Assembly (NCBI GenBank): GCA_937625935.1
Contig: OW569390.1
Coordinates: forward strand, 248,001-312,000
Direction: 5' to 3'
Source of the DNA: Tetramitus jugosus
Taxonomy: Eukaryota; Protista; Heterolobosea
DNA: 64,000 nt
The translations under genes were made by a program, and so were the position numbers. Shown one piece after another: positions 63,517 to 64,000 of this stretch; position 1 is the first letter of the stretch; each line of letters opens with the position of its first letter. Under the pieces are notes generated by a model, which ran no database searches, had not been told where the DNA came from, and saw only the letters and a program-made list of their open reading frames with translations.

Positions 63517-64000
63517 ATGCTTGAGCATCAGAAAGACCTCTTATTTCACATTTTTCAATACTGTGATTTGAGTACTCATTTGACACTGTCACTCGTTTCA
63601 CGTGAATGTCACGAAATTGCCTCCAGTAATCGACTATGGTCCGTCAACCTCAACTACTTTTGTTCTCATTTGGCCAATCACTTGAATCGAACAGAACAAG
63701 TATCTATGAATCGTTATGTCGCTGTCTATACTTCACTGGTAATAACAATAACAATAATGCGAATAATGCGAATAATAATGGAGTAGTGAATCCGACAATG
63801 CAATATCGGTCGTCCAATAGCAACCGATTCAATTTTTCTCATTTGAGTCACTTGAATTTGTCGCACTTGTTGTACATTGATGACAAGTTTCAAAATTTTT
63901 TACCTGCTGTACAGAATTCGGCATTTGGTATCAGTGCGAGTGATCGGTGGATACCAATCACCAATCATCCAAACTCTATTCATGCTCTTGACAATCATCC
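63517..64000 (+). CDS. F-box protein, 5' part; frame break after ~63700, runs off the window
   Basis: DLLFHIFQYC...LSLVSRECHEIASSNRLW F-box; the N-rich continuation is in a different frame and is open to 64000. Confidence 0.6.

Noticed and set aside
1-64000. CRISPR arrays, rRNA, intact transposases/retroelements, prokaryotic operons, U12-type introns
   Set aside because: No regularly spaced repeats, rRNA motifs, RT/integrase/transposase ORFs or RTATCCTT donors were seen; the sequence is intron-containing eukaryotic DNA.

Overview
Gene-dense eukaryotic nuclear DNA with roughly 35 protein genes, short GT-AG introns (25-177 nt), CA-rich 5' leaders and the standard genetic code. The gene content (7TM-RGS receptor, PstS-cyclase receptor, F-box/LRR families, few introns) suggests a free-living discoban, probably a heterolobosean (Naegleria-like) protist; this is an inference. 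Recognisable genes: TruA/Pus1, Eis-like GNAT, tRNA-Val(AAC), FabH/KAS III, Dim1/Dim2, LKB1, Dus1, a LYR protein, P5C dehydrogenase, Met-tRNA formyltransferase, a TBC RabGAP, an S28 peptidase, DTW/TapT, a histidine phosphatase, peptide deformylase, DPAGT1, YJU2 and ORMDL. Most notable observations: (1) a bacterial-type KAS III with a perfect PTS2 peroxisomal signal; (2) a 2444-aa beta-helix/fibrinogen/EGF/REJ/GPS-7TM-RGS receptor next to a PstS-TM-pseudocyclase receptor; (3) a Dim1/Dim2 mosaic; (4) a possible CUG-initiated presequence on the deformylase; (5) a 25-nt intron completing a basic-coil-PAS protein; (6) a microsatellite-loaded block rich in organellar and tRNA-related genes. All family calls come from motif recognition by eye; no database searches were run.
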